DNA of 59,952 nucleotides from Chara braunii (GCA_003427395.1 BFEA01000021.1:5338862-5398813), one strand, 5' to 3'; shown: positions 25,416 through 38,330, counted from the stretch's first letter. The notes: a model not told the origin generated them from the letters alone. Numbers and translations: made by a program.

Positions 25416-26789
25416 AGAATTACGAGATCGATACAACAAGTCTGGAAAATAACAAATGGAGCTGTTTTTTCTTTGGGCCAACGACTCCTGGATGACACCT
25501 ACCGGTAGCGTTTGGCGTAGGCTACTTCAGCAGTTCTTAAAACAGGGCAAAAAAAAATGCCGCTTAGAAGAGTCCTTAAACTGGTCCTAACGTGGAACCA
25601 TCACGCAGAAACAAAGGTCCCCGAATTCCGTCCGAAATGAGGCCAATTATCAATGGATTATGTGATTTCGGTTTTTTAATTTTTATTAAACCAAGCTAAT
25701 TTATTTATGGTCTTGGGCCCAATCCCTCATGAGATCCCACCCTCCTGCCGCTCCCTGGTGCACCGCTCCTCCCCTCTATCCCACCTCACTTGAGGACCAT
25801 CACTCTCTAATGGATCGACCTGACCAGACAGCGGTCGCAGGCACCAATGCTGAATGGAAGCCCCCTTTCAGCCCTGGTTGAGGAATTGTTGCATGAGCCT
25901 CCTCGTATGGGTACCTTGGGAGCTAGGCGTCAATCTATTACTACTAGCCCCGTGAGTAGACCCAAGAGTTTCCCCCCTCATCCTGGGGTCCGTGCGTAGA
26001 GTATCCTGCTTCGAGCTGCTACCCCAGGCAGTGTCTAATGGCCATCTGGCCAATATCCAACCGACAAGAGCACACTCCAGGTAGCTCCCCCTACCTAGCG
26101 CAGTTGTGCTCTGCATGCTTCTTTATTAGTCTATGTAGGTCCGCATGATTCTGTATGGTCTGTATAGGTCTGTGGTCTGCTATATATATGATTGATCTGT
26201 ATCTCCTGCAGCTGGGGTCACCCCCTGTAGTTGTATATCATTCATTTCATGGTTGTATCAGTACGCCTTCCCTTTTTTTGTGGCCCTTTATCATTTATTT
26301 CACGGTGGGGATGACACGTCCAAACTGCTACCTAAACCAGTAGAACCACCAATCCACTGCGCGGCAAGGGCCCACATCAGGCTCCCAAGTCTCCGGTCGT
26401 TAATATGGCCTCCTTTATGTGGTGCAGCTTTTGTTCGACATTTTCAGCGTACTTCAGTTTTTGCTGCAGCACAAGTCGTAAATGGGGACCCCCGCTTTCA
26501 GCTTGTAGGTTAACGGGTCCAAAACTGAAAGTAGGGTTTGGGGGGCTAATTTTATGGGTTTTTTTTCCCCCCCTCCTGCTTTTGTTGTGGTTCAAGGTTG
26601 CTGTTTGCCAAATTTGGTTTCCTTTGGAGCGTTGGAAATTCTTGTGCTGACATTTCTGAAACTGGAATGTTGACGAAATTTGCATGAAAGTGCACTTTTG
26701 CCTTGGGGGTTTTGTCATAAATGGCGTGGAAAATTGTCTGAAAATTTGGGCCTCCGTTAACCGTCTCACTCACAAGTGGTTAACGGGGA

Positions 26790-28075
26790 TGTGACGCACA
26801 ACCTCACGCCCAAAGACTTCCTGATCGGAGTGATGATGGACCTGGAACTGCGCAAAAAGGGGTGTGCCAAGGATTTTAGGAAAATTGGGGTGGAGTCCCA
26901 GGACGAAACTGAGATCTCCTGTGTCAAGTTTCAGGGATATGAACGCAAGTGGGTAGGCGAAGGACAGGGTTATGTTTCAGGCCTCGGGGAACGGGGCGGT
27001 CACTTCCGTGGGTCCCGTCGCCTGGGGCGTGCTCGTATTCTGTGTACCGTTGGGACGCTATGGCTGTCCCGTTGGTGCAGCACCCGTTGGTGCAGCACCC
27101 GTCGACGGCGGGTTTCGCAGATCTCAGAATTGGACGCGACCAGTCTCAGCCGGAGGCTGTGTTCCCGTTGTTCCACTTCCAAGCAGGTTCGCCGGATGAA
27201 TCCCGACGCTCGGTAGGCATGGTCTTGCAGGCACTCTTAGCATTGGGGTTGTGGCCAGTAGGGGGCGAGTGCTCACCAAGGGGCGATGGTCAAGCAGTGG
27301 AAGGGCAATACACGGTGATAGGGAGGGAACTCTGTTTCCAGGATAACAATGTCGGGTTCAGTGATAAGCTGACATGTGTATGGGTTGGGGCAGTTCGGTT
27401 CCTGTTTGATACAGAAATTATGGGAACTCAGTCCTCGATCGTGCAGAAAGGCATGTGCGCTCCCTGTATTCCCGGAACTCGCGATCCCTTAGGCACTCAC
27501 AATCAGTGATCCGGAAGGGAATTTTGACATTCATACTGCGGGGTGGGGTAGGAATCCATACATTCGAAGTGCTCGGTTGGCAACCGGATCGGGGGCAGAT
27601 CCTGTAGACACGCGTGTACGCGATGGCCTCCGGCGGCCGGGCGTACATGTGCGTGCACACGATCTTCTTTCGATCAGGCTGGGAATTTTCACATCTTTCG
27701 GCACACGTGCATCGGCCCGTCGGATCGCCCAGAGGTGTCACTGGTGGGCTTAAGTGTGAAACAGGCATCTAATCAAACGACAAGCTCATCCATATTACAT
27801 TAAAAAAGGACAAGAAAACAACAAGCACTCATGCATCAAAAACATCCAGTTGGCTAGAGAACATACATGGATCGAGTGCAGGCAATTAGTCAATCAAGTT
27901 GGCAACCAAGTAGAAGAAGGAAGGGCCGCGGAGAGGACAAACTTAATCATCCCTCAATTTGCAAAAGAAAAAGGAAAGACCCGAGACAACCATGAACAAA
28001 AGATGGCTTGCGCCAGACACCAAAATTGCGCAGAAGAGTCAAAGAAAAAGCACCATTTCAACACCTCCCGTTATT

Positions 28076-28153
<78 letters not shown>

Positions 28154-29752
28154 CCAACCCGATGAGGGCAGTCCATCGCCTCGCACCCACACAGAGTTGT
28201 CACCCTGCTTAGTCTGAACATGCAAGCCAGGTTCGCCCGTGTGCCACAGTCCTCTGCGGCCATACGTCAACCCCGCATACCTAGCACCAGCCCATCGGAT
28301 CGCCCAACTCCCTACTCACCATCTCGCTCGTGCGCGTTGGCCGATCCTCNNNNNNNNNNNNNNNNNNNNNNNNNNNNNNNNNNNNNNNNNNNNNNNNNNN
28401 NNNNNNNNNNNNNNNNNNNNNNNNNNNNNNNNNNNNNNNNNNNNNNNNNNNNNNCCGTGTGCCACAGTCCTTTGCGGCCATACGTCAACCCCGCATACCT
28501 AGCACCAGCCCATCGGATCGCCCAACTCCCTACTCACCATCTCGCTCGTCCGCGTTGGCCGATCCTCTCCAGCATGCTAACTCCAAAGTTGATTAGAGAG
28601 CGAGTTAATTGCGCTTGAAAAATTTATAGCATGAGCGTCCGTGCGAGATACCCAGGATTGTGGTTGAGTGGGAGGGAAGAAGAAGGAAGGAAGTGCCCAC
28701 GACTGCATGGCCGGGCCGCGGCGTGGGGGACGTAGCCACTCTCCACGCATCGATTCAGTCATGCATCGTTTAGGGCAATAAGATCGACGAAAATATGCGC
28801 GCGCAGGGGCGCGGCGAAGATATCAAGAAGGAGGAGATTACAGTTACATTCACACTCTGCCAAGAAAAGAATTACAGTTACACGTGAGATTAAGGCGTGG
28901 AGAAGTTGTTTTTGTGGTAATGACTTCTTTACTCCCTATTCTGAATGCCTCTCCTCCTTATGGCGCTGCAAGGACTTGTTAGTTGGCGATGAGGGTTTCG
29001 GATTGGGAATCTGACTTCGACGGTGAGCAGTTAATCCCCTCGGTTGAGGGCAATCAATGCTGCTCATCAGGTAATAGAGTGTGACTGCGTGTCGGCTCGG
29101 TTGACCACACATGTCTTGTATGGGACGGACACGTGGCATGTTAACATGAATTCGGGTTGCGTAAAGATTACCCCAATTTACCTGATTATAAATGTTGAGG
29201 GACGCTGGACCCGATTTCCAGCAGGTGTTGCTCCCCACCAATAGATGGAGCCTCCCGAGCATGTTAGTGGTGTCTGCTCTTATCAGCACCCCTAGCATCC
29301 ACTCGGGTTGTTTTCTCCCCCCCCCCAAAAAAAAAAAAAAAGGCACGGAGAAGCCAGAGCACAGACCTTGACGCGGCAGAGCGCTTGCAAGCAAAAAGCA
29401 CCGTGCGGTTACGGTGCACCCAAATTCCTAGCCGAATTTAAGTCCTAATTGCAAAAAGAAATTTTGAGAACTCGCATGGGCTCGACATCAGTTGAAAATT
29501 CAAAAAGATTCAAAAAGATTCCCCTGTGCGATGATCGCGCGAAAATTCCCCACTCATAGCAGAACAAGAAAAAAACTATGGCAACAATTATTTTTTGCGC
29601 TCGCTAAGGCGCGATCAACTACCAACCGTCGTGGGGCCACCCCTTTTTTCAAAAGACGAGGGCATTCGTGTAATTTGGCGGGCCCCTCCCAATCAACCCC
29701 TGAAGTATCGTCGCGCAGAAAATGGTGCGTCTACGGAAAACAGTCCGTCACA
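26790..29752 (-). mobile_element. solo LTR (~2.96 kb including a nested insertion and a gap), Ty3/gypsy family related to the 46913 and 57185 LTRs
   Basis: Ends are TGTGACG...CGTCACA with flanks GGGA/AGGA (4-bp TSD, 1 mismatch). It shares AACCTCA..CCC, GGGGTGTGCCAAGGATTTT and CTCGCTAAGGCGCG with 46913-49477. Strand inferred from the relative at 57185. Confidence 0.75.
28906..29339 (+). mobile_element. short non-LTR insertion (5'-truncated LINE 3' UTR or SINE) with poly(A) and 14-bp TSD
   Basis: TSD AAGGCGTGGAGAAG (28892-28905) / AAGGCACGGAGAAG (29340-29353). The tail is homologous to 43401-43470. Confidence 0.8.
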
Positions 29753-30231
29753 AGGACCCCTACTTTGAGTTCCTTGGTTAATGGGTCCCACTCTATGAAT
29801 TAGTGACAAGTTTGGGTTTTGTTATAAATGGCACGACAAATTGTCTGAAAATTCGGGCCTCGGTTAACCATCTGTCAACTGCATTGCTCTAAAAGGCACC
29901 CCAATCCTTGGGATAATCTTCTCTTCTCCCCAGTAGGATGAGCTTTATATCCCAAGTCAGATGTTGCCCTGTCAAGCGTTGCCAGGCTGGATCCTACCAT
30001 CTCCAGATTTGGAGCGCCATTGGGCATTCCAGCAGGCAATGCTTGAGGGTAGCTCTTCTCTTCGGCGAGGAGAGACCGCATATTGGGGAGAGCTTACCCT
30101 GGCTTTCGAGATCTGTTCTAGAGGTCAACCAGTCTAGGGTTGCTATGCATCTTTGTAAGATTTGCCATTGCAGGGCTGCATGTGTTGTTGATCTCAAGCA
30201 GAAGTAGGGGGAGCCCGGGGGACCACGTGAA

Positions 30232-30460
30232 GTCAGTGAAGTCTTCCTCTTTGAGTGGTGAGTACCTAGCCCAATGCCGGGTAATTACAATGATGGAGGG
30301 GTAAGGGATGTGAGTCCATCTATGTATTGCCATATTTTCATGTTTTTCAGTGAAGTCTTCCTCTTTGAGTGGTGAGTCCCTGGCCCAATGTCGGGTAATT
30401 ACGACGATGAGGGGTAAGGATGTGAGTCCATCTGTGTATTGCCATATTTTCATGTTTTTT
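30232..30460. repeat. tandem duplication, 2 x ~116 bp, inside the LINE
   Basis: TCAGTGAAGTCTTCCTCTTTGAGTGGTGAGT...ATTGCCATATTTT(T)CATGTTTT occurs twice. Confidence 0.9.
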
Positions 30461-31276
30461 CTACTCTTCCATTCCCATCCTTTTGGATCGAAGGGTAAAG
30501 CACAGATTGGGGTGCCCGCTTCATAAGCATGCCACCCTTCTTTGTTACTTCCCACCACTCTAATTTTGGTCAGCCTTTGCTTATCTCAAGTGGTCTAGGG
30601 CGTTATTTCGTATTAGCTTTGTAAATCTCACCCCCAGGAGGAGCTGGCCGTCCACTCGGTGGGCCCTGTAGGCGGCCATCGGGAGGGGAAGTGAGTCAGA
30701 CTCAACCACCCAACTTATAGGGATGGCCTCTAGAGCTGATCCGGTTTTGTTTCCAGGTTTTTAATGTTTTTGAGTTTTCAGCTGAGTTGTAGTCTTCCAT
30801 GACCGCTTTGTATAGTCCCTAAGGTCCTTAACCGTGAACGCTCCTTTCTTTACCCAGTTCAGCCAGTGGTTTTTGTTGTGGATGGCAAAGGTATTGCCTT
30901 CTGCATTTCTGATGTGTTGGTTGCCGAAAACGGTTGCCTGATAAGTTTCACTTTATTAGGCACATGTCCAAGAAGATCCAATCCACATGATCATATGCTT
31001 TTTCGAAGTCTATGAATAGGATAGTTGTTCCCTGTTTTCTTTGTCTTGCATGTTTGATTGTTTCGTTCACCAGCATGGAATTGCCTTGTATGTTCTGGGT
31101 GGATTAGGAGATTCATGTATGGGAAAAGTCTATTCGCTAGTGCTTCAGCTACCATTTTGTAGCGCACTAGCAGGAGCGTTATTGGCCTGTAGTTCCTGAT
31201 TTCTTCTCTGTCGCCTTTCTTGTATAGTAGTGTGGTCACTGCTTGGGTCAAGAGTTCTCCAAATGTGCCATCTTAA

Positions 31277-31427
31277 ACCACCAGTACTTGGGCCCAGCTA
31301 TCGACCGTGGAAAAAAATAGAGTAGAAACGTTTCTAGTCGGATGAATTTGGGCGCTCCTGTAGTGGCCCATACGTTTCCTAAAATCGTGGCTTGTTAACG
31401 GGCACGACTTTAGGAAGTACAGGTGGT
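31277..31427. mobile_element. 151-bp MITE, TTAA TSD, 13-bp TIR
   Basis: TTAA|ACCACCAGTACTT...AAGTACAGGTGGT|TTAA (12/13 match). Removing it with one TTAA restores the LINE frame (KYFTAVH*DGTFGELLTQAV). Confidence 0.9.
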
Positions 31428-33491
31428 TTAATGGACCGCCGTAAAATATTTCAGCAGCTCGTCTTGGAATACCTCCAACAAGTGCAACCAGAACTCCTTA
31501 GGAACAGAGTCCAGGCCTGGGGTCTTCTCACTGTCCATTTGGGCTAGGGCCTGCTGGACCTCTGATTTGGCCAAGGGGCCATGTGGTGCCTCTCTTTGTG
31601 CTGATGTGAGGAGTGGGGTGAGGGAGTGTAACAGTTGGTTCCGGTCTTGGGTAAGTGCTTCCTCGCCCCATTTAGCTGTTTCCGAGGTGAACAATTTCCA
31701 ATAATATTATGTGGCATAGTCCAGTATTGTGTATGCATTGGTGGCTTTTGGGCTTTCTGTTTCAAAGGGGTGTCTACCATATTTTGGCACACTCTGGCTT
31801 GGGCCTTACTAAGGAAGGCCTTAGCCATCATGCTTTCCGTTGTATCCTTCTTTATTCTAGCCTGAATTCTCAATGCTTCGAGCTAGGCGTCAATACGAGT
31901 ATGTAAGTGGTCCTGGGCTTTCTGCAGGATCTTCCTACAACTTCCTATTCCATTTTTCCATCGCAGCCAAAAGTCTTTCAAGGGTGGCCGACCTTTCTTC
32001 CTCGTGCTTGATGATTTTTTTTTTAACCCTTTGTCTCAAGTAGGCTCTTCCATTGTTGAACCAGTCTTGTCAGGAGGCGTACTTATCTTTGGTTGAGGTC
32101 CAGTATTCGCAGTAGGTTTGGATGAGCTCTGAGAAGGAGGTGAGTTTAAGCAAGGTCTTGAATTTGAAGTACCCTGATCCCCTGTTGATGTGGGAATGGA
32201 ATGGCAACCTTAAACCACCAGTACACCCAGTGTCGGAGGGCGCGGTGTCCCGGTCCTCCTTCGTGTACCAGATTTCTGCTCAGCACCAGTACCGTTCCGA
32301 CCTCTGCTGCTTGTCAGGCGTGTTCCGAACCTCAGCAGGCCTGGTACCTGAGCTGTGCCTCGGCGTGGACAGGTCCAGTTGGCGTTTGCCTCGACAAAAA
32401 GGTGCGCCACTGGACTTTCCTTTGGTCCACGCAGGCTCGGCGCCCTGCTATGCAGCAGAGCACTACCGGCCTGTGGCCGTGGTAGCCGCCGGGCTCGCCC
32501 AGGGACGCGAAAGTAAATAGGCCGGCGCAGTCTTTTCTATTGCACGCCGATCAATCCCTGGTCAGGTTATGGGTTAGGTGCGTAGGCTCACTGGTACAGT
32601 CGGACAAAAAAGGGGTAAAAGAAAAAGAAAGAAAAGGAAAAAGGGGAATAGGGAGAGAAAAAGGAAGTCAAGTGTCGGACCTGTGCACAGATCTGGACCC
32701 TCGCTTTAGTTTGGGGCGATCTAGTGACCTCTGACCGCGGCGTCGATATGATTTCTATTTTTTTCCTTATTTCGTTTTATTATTATTATTATTATTATAA
32801 TTATTATCATTATTAATTTTTCTCAATTTCCCCTTCGGCCTGTCATTTCGTGGGAAGGCGAACGGTTTGAGTTCCAAGCTCAAATTGCGGTTTACGGCCT
32901 AGGCTGGCCCGGCCCCTCATATATCGCATGCGGCAGACCTGCTCGGCTGAGCTCTGCGCTGTAGGACCCCAAAAGAGGGGCGACCCGCGACCGCATTGGT
33001 AGGAGGCTTATCGCCCTCCGTGGAAGGTCATAAGCCCCCTCCTTGCCATCGGACATGGGTACCCATCAGGGGCAGTCCGACGACATGTTTTGAAAAGAGG
33101 AGGTTGGCAGTTGGTATCCTGTTATGGGACCACCTCAACGGGTTTGCAGTCACGTCATAACTGAGCGAGGGAACTGGGGATCGATAGCACATGGTTTTGC
33201 CTATACCATGGCCGTTGGGATCCTTTTATTTTTTTTTTTAATTATTTATTATTGTCGTTTCCTGAAGCCTTATTATTAGCAAGAGGAATTTGGAAGGCAG
33301 CCTGGGCACCTCGTTCAGAGCACGGGGGCCGCGGTACAAGGAGGGCCTACAAAAGGGCGGAAAGGCTGACTGTTGGGCAGCTAATCTGTGGGTGCTTGCA
33401 AGCTATCTCGTTGCGTTAACGCCACTAGTCCGAGTCCGAAAAAACGGAGTAGTCGTAAGCCGTCTGAGTGCGGGCACTTGGAGTCTAGACC

Positions 33492-33956
33492 ATGGCTATT
33501 CTGAGCGTGGCTATGGCAGACCGGGATGGCTTACGTGGCTATAGGCCTAGGTACATGAAATACTCCTGGATGTGGGAGCAAGAGGACGAGAAAGGCACTA
33601 TACTGGAGACCATATTGTCTTATGGTAAGCCTGAAGGGGAGGTGAGGTTAAAGATTAATGTCTGTGGTCACAGGGAACAGAAGATGAGGAGAGATGAGGG
33701 ACTACAGACAGCTATTACCGAGTCACGTAACAGGGCTAAGCGAAGGTGCAGGCGAGACGGGGTGACTGCGAGCATGCGGGTAACGGTCACCTACCATGAG
33801 GATGACTCGTCGACTGGGACCACAACCAGGGAGGTGCAACACAACGAGAGGGACTCTGAAGGGGAGTTGGAGATGAGCGATCACGAGGCGGATGCATGGA
33901 CTGGATCAGATCCGCCGAAACCACCCACTGGCTGGACCAGTGGAAGACGGGCCTGA
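33492..33956 (+). CDS. hypothetical protein (154 aa; basic middle, acidic tail), cargo
   Basis: ATG-initiated ORF with protein-like charged composition. No family recognised. Confidence 0.35.
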   Translation: MAILSVAMADRDGLRGYRPRYMKYSWMWEQEDEKGTILETILSYGKPEGEVRLKINVCGHREQKMRRDEGLQTAITESRNRAKRRCRRDGVTASMRVTVTYHEDDSSTGTTTREVQHNERDSEGELEMSDHEADAWTGSDPPKPPTGWTSGRRA

Positions 33957-34662
33957 GGCCAGTTCGGCCTGGCATAGAGTAAAGCCAGCTGAGGCTGGAC
34001 CATCGGAGACTCGACACCCGTAGGTCGTGAGGGAAAGTGTGAAGGTGGTTACGCGCGTGTTTTTTTTGGCACGTGGCACGACCCAGAGGGACATAGAGAG
34101 AGAGAGTCAACTTGGGAGAGACTGGGCTGCAGAAAAAACGGGTTTGCGGGTGAGAGACCAGGTATGGGATGACTAGTGACACGAGAGGAGATCACTAACG
34201 CGGGCGCGACTTCTTGGCTGACGTGAACTGATCAGGATGAGTTCACGCTGTGTGCCTGTAAGGAGGTACAACGAGCAGGCTTGTGGGGTGAGCTTGGACT
34301 ACAGACGCTGCCCTCGGTGACGTCATCACTGACGAAGGGGTGAGGGTCACGATTGAGAGAGGGGGGCGCGCGAGTGAGAAGGGGTCAGATCAGAAGGGAG
34401 GGAAGGACTGGTATGTGCGTGAGGTATGTGAGTGACGAGCGTGCATGTTTGAAGAAGGTTGACGCCAGCTTGATTTCTGCGTGCGGGGGGTAAATGTGAG
34501 GGGACACGCGAACGTAGAAAGAATCAAAGTGGAGAGAGGACTGCTTGAGCCCTCGTGATTCTGTTGAGAACGTCATCTCCATAGTTCCAGGCAAGTCACG
34601 GTGAGCTACGCCTGTGACGATTGCGCTCAAGAATGAGGCGGTAGATGCACGGGGTCAGTTAC

Positions 34663-34701
<39 letters not shown>

Positions 34702-37700
34702 TGTGTGTGTGCGACGGGAAAAAGGGAAGATGGACTTTCTTGGAAAGGGAGGGAGGTTTTCTGTTGATGTCACCTTCCTTCCCTAGTTGCTACGTTGCGC
34801 GATATGGCGGATGGGAGCGAGTAGCGGTGGCTTGTGACCTGTGAGAGAGTACCCAATTAAAATCCACGAGGTTGCCACTAGCTATGAGGACAAATGGTTT
34901 GGTCATTCGTGAGGGCAAGAGGGATCTCCTGTTTGAGCGTGAGACAGTGGAATAAGTCTTCAGATGATATCACTGGTCCTGTCACTGCCGCTCTAGTTGG
35001 TGGTTTCAAACACTAGTAGTGAGAAGTCGCTGGTTACTGCAAGCGGGGAAAGGGAATGACGTGACGCGAGGCTCTGGGAGCACGCGAGGAACCAGATTTT
35101 AAGAAGACCACATTTAAGCTCTTCATTGATACTATTGAATCCCGACACATTAATCAACTTGCATACTGAGTGTATCTAATGGCATGCTGCCTGACTATGA
35201 GCTCCGCGTGAACGAACGAATCTATCTGCAGGTAATCATCTACCGATTCCGCGTCTAGCACAGTTGAAGCCGTCGCAAGGGCTCATAGTACTTCGGGAGT
35301 ATTCTGCAAGGGAGCAGTTGGGGTATGAAGTTACGAACAGATGAACCTAATTCTACTCTTAACGGTGTGCGAGAACTAGAAGCTTACTAGCATCACCTGT
35401 CCTCCGTGAGTCGTCCTCCTTAGTAGGGGAAAAGAGGCGGTGAGTCGCGGCGCTAGGCGAAGTCACGTACGAGTCCTCAGTACTGATAATATTTTCTATG
35501 TTTGCCATGTGAATTGTGAGGGAAGCAGTTGTTGACTGTACTGGTAAGTCGCATTCGTGTTGTAAGTCATAAACTTGTGAGCGCTACTATGATTAGGCAG
35601 CGTTAATATAAGCAGTCCGCGGCTGCCTCTTACTTTAGTGTTCGATAGGAATGATACCCAGTTGCTACTTAAAGTAGATGCAGCTGGTTTGAGGATGACA
35701 GTGATTGTAACTTGCCCAAAGACGGGTGATAATAAGCAGAACTGAGAGACTGCTTCATCGGGCACAATTGAGACAATTACAAAACCGGTTCTCCTGTGTA
35801 TTTCTTTGAGAAGTCTTTGTTAAAAAAAAAGCAATTCTCGAAAGGTCTGTATATTTTGGTGGGGTCGCTTTTGTAGATCTTTTGGCTTAATCGCTCGGAG
35901 TTTCTTGGAAAACAAGTCCTTAGAGTTGTACGTGAGTGGGGGAAAGAACGAGTGATTAAAAAGACTACATGAGCTGACAAAACAGACCAGTTCGAGTGCG
36001 ACTCCGGAAACTAGTTGTCACTTCCTGTTGTCGATTGATGGGAAGAAAGCAATCTGTGATGCGAAAGATAGCCTACCTGCTGTCTAAGTACTTACTTGAT
36101 GGGGACTAGCAAATCTCATCCTATTTGAAATCGATTGAATGAAAATTACCAGAGGAAGTATTAGCTCACTATAAAAGAAAAAGGTTCTCAAAGGAGATAA
36201 TTTCGTCGCCCTTTCCTCTGGGTTAATTTGAAGAATGTCTGGTTGCAGCCCAAATGTGAGTAAAACCTCCTGCCTGATATCACCCTGTGTGAGGACATGT
36301 GCAGTAGATGAGATAGCAGGTTACGGTAGGTCGTGCTTGTCTGAACTCTTAAGTGAGGGATGACACAAGACGCATCTTGAGTACGTTCTGCCTTGAGCCT
36401 CGGCTGAGAGCACTCAGAACCGCTGGGCTGAGTACGGACTCATGCTGCTCTTAGGTTTTATCGAACCGGCCCTGAATGCGCCTTGGATTCCGAGTTGTCT
36501 CTCGACTGAATCTAATGCCTTGTTTGACTATACTCCGGCAAGCTAGATCGAACATGAGGTTCAAACGGGGAAGTAATGAGTGGGGGCAGTCCTTGCATCG
36601 TTGAATTAAGTACTGGGCGTAGAGGTTGATGTCGCATGATTAGGCTCATGTGAACCCTGTCTCAGTTGGGCCAATCAAACAAAGGACCGTAACCCTGGAT
36701 GGGTCGGACTTGTCGTACATGAAGGGTCGTGCTAGTTGCACCCTATTCAAACGCTCGAGCAGACGAGTGAATTCTCAGTGCTTGGTTTACAGCCCGCCTA
36801 GGAGTACTGGTTGGTGGCACCGCTTGGGTCGTATGCAGGGGGAATCAGTCCTCTCAGCGTTGGCGCCACGATGAGGTCTACCGCTACCAGTGCTTCAAAT
36901 GTGTGTTTTTTTCTAAAGATGGATCTTTCGTTCACCGCGTGTAAGTACTCGCTAGAGACAATTCATGTTGCGAGGAAAAGTTCTATTGGAGGGTCCGTGA
37001 CTATTAATGTGGGGTGAATTATTACTTGTTCCTCATGACAACTTTCGTCATTCTCTGTTGAGTTCGTAAGGTTTGCATCTCTTGCGTGTGCCACTGTGCG
37101 ACTCCTGTAACGTCTGAGAGCCCCTGGCTAATACTGCTTAAACTTTTGCCCAAGCAAGCCTTGTTGTTGACATCAAGCCCTGCTTGCTCGTTCAGAAGTC
37201 TACTGTCAGTTCAGACTCAGATGAAGACCCAAAGTCACTCGAGCCTGTGGGACTGCATAACTATCAGCTGGTGTTTGATCTCAGGGCCTGAGCTAGGCAC
37301 CTGGTCAAAGGCAATTGCAAGTCACCATTTCAGGGGAATTGCTTATATTCACCCTGGTCAATCTTTCCTTATCAGAAAATTATACTATATGCTAGACTGA
37401 GCTAGGGGTTAGCCTTGGACGAACTAAGATCTATAATTGCCCTGACGGAGGACTGTTGTTGTTGCTGTTTTTTTCGAATCGATAGTTTTGTATGGTAATA
37501 CCCACTTACTACATGTACAAGTCTATTCCTAGCTTTGAGCTCGGATCGTGAACCGGGCGTGAGGCACTTGATACCCGAGTGTGAGGCTACTTGTAGAACC
37601 ATGAACAGCAAGCACTCAGACCAAGGGTAGTTTGCCTCGTTTGCCAAAGCCGACAAACTATTATACCCAGGATGGCTGCACCCCGTGGGTCGAGGGGAAA

Positions 37701-37789
37701 AGTAGTACGACAGTGCTCCCGACCTGAGCAATAGAGGTAACTGGGAGAAGCAATCAGGGACGCTTGGCACAGTTCGGTACTAAAGAGAC

Positions 37790-38330
37790 TGAAGTATCCT
37801 CTTGCGAGCAGTAACTGAACACACAGGGGCATCAGCAGACTTCGTCCGTGAACTAACCGGTATTCAATCCGTTCTCTGTCAGCCCTCAATCAGCCCCCCT
37901 ATTGTTCATGTTATTTGAGGGTCATCCGCCTGAAGTAATCAGTGTTTAATTACTTCCAATCGAGTCAGAGCTTCGAGATGGTAAGACAGTGTCTACATCA
38001 GAAAAGACAAAATTGGCTTTTGGCATTCACTTCAACGCATGAGTGCGGTCTTACCTTTCCAATGTGATGGGTTTCTGCAAGGATATGAGAAGTGAGGACA
38101 CCATAAGGGTGGACTTGAACTTTGCATCAGGGTAAGACTGAGGGTTGACAAGAAAGTATTGTTCAACATATCCACACTCACCTAAAACTCATGGTGGAAC
38201 AAGCTCTAAAGGTGGTGAAGAGCCAGAAGTTCGTTGAGCACACCCTCTACTTTTATGACCGCGAGGGCAAGTTACACCACACCTGGTCGCTTCTAGAAAC
38301 CGTTGAACAGGCCAGGGCAAAACTCATGTA
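37790..38330 (+). pseudogene. decayed orphan ORF(s), cargo
   Basis: Protein-like segments broken by stops and a frameshift: SILLRAVTEHTGASADFVRELTGIQSVL... and QESIVQHIHTHLKLMVEQALKVVKSQKFVEHTLYFYDREGKLHHTWSLLETVEQARAKLM*. Confidence 0.3.

Larger units (their letters stand above)
29870..32209 (-). pseudogene. L1/Tx1-type LINE ORF2 relic: linker, reverse transcriptase N-part and zf-RVT, with internal deletions
   Basis: KTPGLDSVPKEFW; TLLYKKGDREEIRNYRPITLL...YKMVAEALANRL; IDFEKAYDHVDW; LQWQILQRCIAT...TLKHCLLECPMALQIWRW; RGSGYFKF. Confidence 0.9.

Noticed and set aside
28237-28570. ~113-bp duplication either side of an N gap
   Set aside because: Spans an assembly gap; probably an artefact.
33020-33210. 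RNase P/MRP-like P4 pairing (GGAAGGTCAT with TTTTGCCTA)
   Set aside because: The pairing is partial and other conserved regions are absent; kept only as an unassigned structured segment.
35724-35735. GDN triplet suggestive of a negative-strand virus RdRp
   Set aside because: No flanking polymerase motifs, and the frame closes immediately.
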